In this document: positions 62,399-64,000 of the stretch, in pieces
How positions within the stretch are numbered: the first letter of the stretch is position 1
How the letters are laid out: every line of letters begins with the position of its first letter
NCBI GenBank assembly: GCA_037915935.1
Contig: JBAIYK010000040.1
Coordinates: forward strand, 410 to 64,409
Source: Solirubrobacterales bacterium
GTDB taxonomy: Bacteria > Actinomycetota > Thermoleophilia > Solirubrobacterales > Solirubrobacteraceae
Direction of reading: 5' to 3'
Length of the DNA: 64,000 nt
Made by a program: the position numbers and the translations under genes
The notes under the pieces: generated by a model
The model's database searches: none
The model's input: only the letters and a program-made list of their open reading frames with translations
What the model was told of the DNA's origin: nothing

Positions 62399-62491
62399 AT
62401 GATGGGTGCCATGGACGTCGTTGCGATCACGATGGCGGTTGTGACCTTCGCGGTCCTGCTTGCGATGATCGCAGGGATCGAGAAGATATGA
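62399..62491 (+). CDS. Hydrophobic 30-aa micro-ORF upstream of kdpF
   Basis: MMGAMDVVAITMAVVTFAVLLAMIAGIEKI. Its TGA overlaps the kdpF ATG. No homology claim is made. Confidence 0.35.
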   Translation: MMGAMDVVAITMAVVTFAVLLAMIAGIEKI

Positions 62492-62577
62492 GCGGCGCGG
62501 ACGTCTTCGGGCTCGTCGTCTCGGTGCTCGTGATCGTCTACCTGTTCTACGCCCTGATCAGAGGCGAGAAGTTGTGA
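62488..62577 (+). CDS. kdpF: K+-transporting ATPase subunit F
   Basis: 29-aa single-TM peptide MSGADVFGLVVSVLVIVYLFYALIRGEKL. Its stop overlaps the kdpA GTG (GTGA). Confidence 0.7.
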   Translation: MSGADVFGLVVSVLVIVYLFYALIRGEKL

Positions 62578-64000
62578 CCTTCTTCGGCTGGGCGACGATC
62601 GCGATCTTCGCACTCGTGCTGACGGCCTGCGCGTACCCGCTCGGCCGCTACATGGCGCGCGTCTACGGCGGAGAAGGCGTCTTTCTCACACCGCTGCTGG
62701 GTCGCCCCGAGGCATGGCTGTACAGGATCTTCCGAGTCGACCCGCGCGCCGAGCAGGACTGGAAGGCGTACGCGCGCAGTCTGATCGTCTTCTCGCTCGT
62801 CGGGTGGCTGCTGCTGTACGTGGTCCTGCGCACGCAGACGCTGTGGGAGTTCACCGGCCTGAACCCGTTGCACTACCACTCGGCGACCTGGGACGTCACC
62901 TTCAACACGACCTCGTCGTTCCTGACGAACACGAACTGGCAGTACTACAGCGGCGAGACGACGATGAGCTACTTCAGCCAGATGGCCGGGCTGACCGTCC
63001 AGAACTGGCTCTCGGCGGGCGTCGGCATCGTGGTCGCGGTTGCGCTCGTGCGCGGGATCGTCGGCCGCAGCGGCAAGAGCCTCGGCAACTTCTGGCAGGA
63101 CGTCGTGCGCACGGTGCTCTACGTGCTGGCGCCGATCTCGATCGTTGGTGCGTTGATCCTCGTCTCCCAGGGCGTGATCGACAACTTCTCCAGCTACCTG
63201 ACCGCGCACACGGTGACCGGTCTGACGCAGACGATCGCGATGGGGCCGGTCGCCTCCCAGGAGGCGATCAAGCTGCTCGGCACGAACGGCGGCGGCTTCT
63301 TCAACGTCAACTCCGCGCACCCGTTCGAGAACCCGACCGGCTTCACCAACTTCTTCGAGATGCTGCTGGTCCTGATCATCCCCGCGGCGCTGATCTTCAT
63401 GTACGGGCGCATGACGGGCAACCGCCGCCAGGGATACGCGATCTACGGCGCGGTGATGCTGATGTTCCTCGGAGCGGTCGCGGTCGCCTACGTCGCCGAG
63501 GCGCACGGCTCCCCCGCCCAGCACGCCGCCGGCCTGCACACCCATGTGATCGCGGGGTCCGGCGGCGGCAACATGGAAGGCAAGGAGCAGCGGTTCGGAA
63601 TTGCGGGCTCGGCGCTGTTCGACGTGATCACGACCGTCACATCCTGCGGCGCGGTGAACAGCGCGATCGAGTCCTACACGGGAATCGGCGGCGCCGTGCC
63701 GATGGCGAACCTGTCCGCGAGCGAGGTGATCTTCGGCGGCGTGGGCACCGGGCTCTACTCGATCCTGCTCTACGTGCTGCTCGCGGTCTTCATCGGCGGG
63801 CTGATGGTGGGCCGCACGCCGGAGTGGCTTGGCAAGAAGCTCGAGGTGCGGGAGATAAAGCTCGCTGGCCTCGGCATCCTGATCACGCCGCTTGCGGCGC
63901 TGTTCTGCACCGCGATGGCGACCGCGACGAACGCGGGCAGGGAATCGATCTCGAAGGTGGCGGCCGGCGGCCCGCAGGCGTTCTCGGAGACCTTCTACGC
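62574..64000 (+). CDS. kdpA: K+-transporting ATPase subunit A (3-prime end outside window)
   Basis: My own translation; the gene is absent from the ORF track because no stop falls in the window. TNTNWQYYSGETTMSYFSQMAGLTVQNWLSA and MGPVASQEAIKLLGTNGGGFFNVNSAHPFENPT match KdpA selectivity-filter regions. Confidence 0.9.
   Translation, partial: MTFFGWATIAIFALVLTACAYPLGRYMARVYGGEGVFLTPLLGRPEAWLYRIFRVDPRAEQDWKAYARSLIVFSLVGWLLLYVVLRTQTLWEFTGLNPLHYHSATWDVTFNTTSSFLTNTNWQYYSGETTMSYFSQMAGLTVQNWLSAGVGIVVAVALVRGIVGRSGKSLGNFWQDVVRTVLYVLAPISIVGALILVSQGVIDNFSSYLTAHTVTGLTQTIAMGPVASQEAIKLLGTNGGGFFNVNSAHPFENPTGFTNFFEMLLVLIIPAALIFMYGRMTGNRRQGYAIYGAVMLMFLGAVAVAYVAEAHGSPAQHAAGLHTHVIAGSGGGNMEGKEQRFGIAGSALFDVITTVTSCGAVNSAIESYTGIGGAVPMANLSASEVIFGGVGTGLYSILLYVLLAVFIGGLMVGRTPEWLGKKLEVREIKLAGLGILITPLAALFCTAMATATNAGRESISKVAAGGPQAFSETFY

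Overview
High-GC (about 70% by eye) actinobacterial-type chromosomal window. The style (frequent GTG/TTG starts, 4-nt ATGA/GTGA gene overlaps, leaderless-looking starts) suggests a Thermoleophilia or Rubrobacteria-like organism; this is inference only. Every long ORF has Arg/Ala/Pro-rich shadow ORFs on other frames, so I called genes only where I could read family motifs or a convincing signal peptide or TM pattern. Core left flank (1-22.9 kb): MDR oxidoreductase fragment, DEAD-box helicase, cyclophilin, aldehyde dehydrogenase, HAD phosphatase plus APH-type kinase, secreted GH-A hydrolase, Fpg/Nei glycosylase, a five-gene metal uptake operon (SBP, ATPase, two permeases, Fur-family regulator), VapBC, Bcp, a large membrane protein, SatP-Acs acetate module, ThyX, and an Arch_ATPase-like P-loop protein. 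Core right flank (38.6-64 kb): oligoendopeptidase F, GH76-like hydrolase, complete nuoA-N operon on the minus strand, cytochrome c, serS, DUF1059 protein, kdpD(short)-kdpE and the start of kdpFA. Between them lies a roughly 15-kb lower-GC accessory island (about 22.9-38.2 kb). It holds decayed genes (frameshifted PIN gene, frameshifted unknown gene), an ORF6N protein plus a short tyrosine recombinase, two abutting IS3-family transposase fragments, orphan membrane and secreted proteins, and two secreted enzymes (GH5 and a BNR propeller) that share an unassigned Cys-containing N-terminal module. The best candidate for an undescribed system is a two-gene module at 24957-27337: an unclassifiable 346-aa protein followed by a minimal NB-ARC-like P-loop NTPase fused to a C-terminal Mrr-type nuclease. 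No rRNA, tRNA or CRISPR array was recognised.
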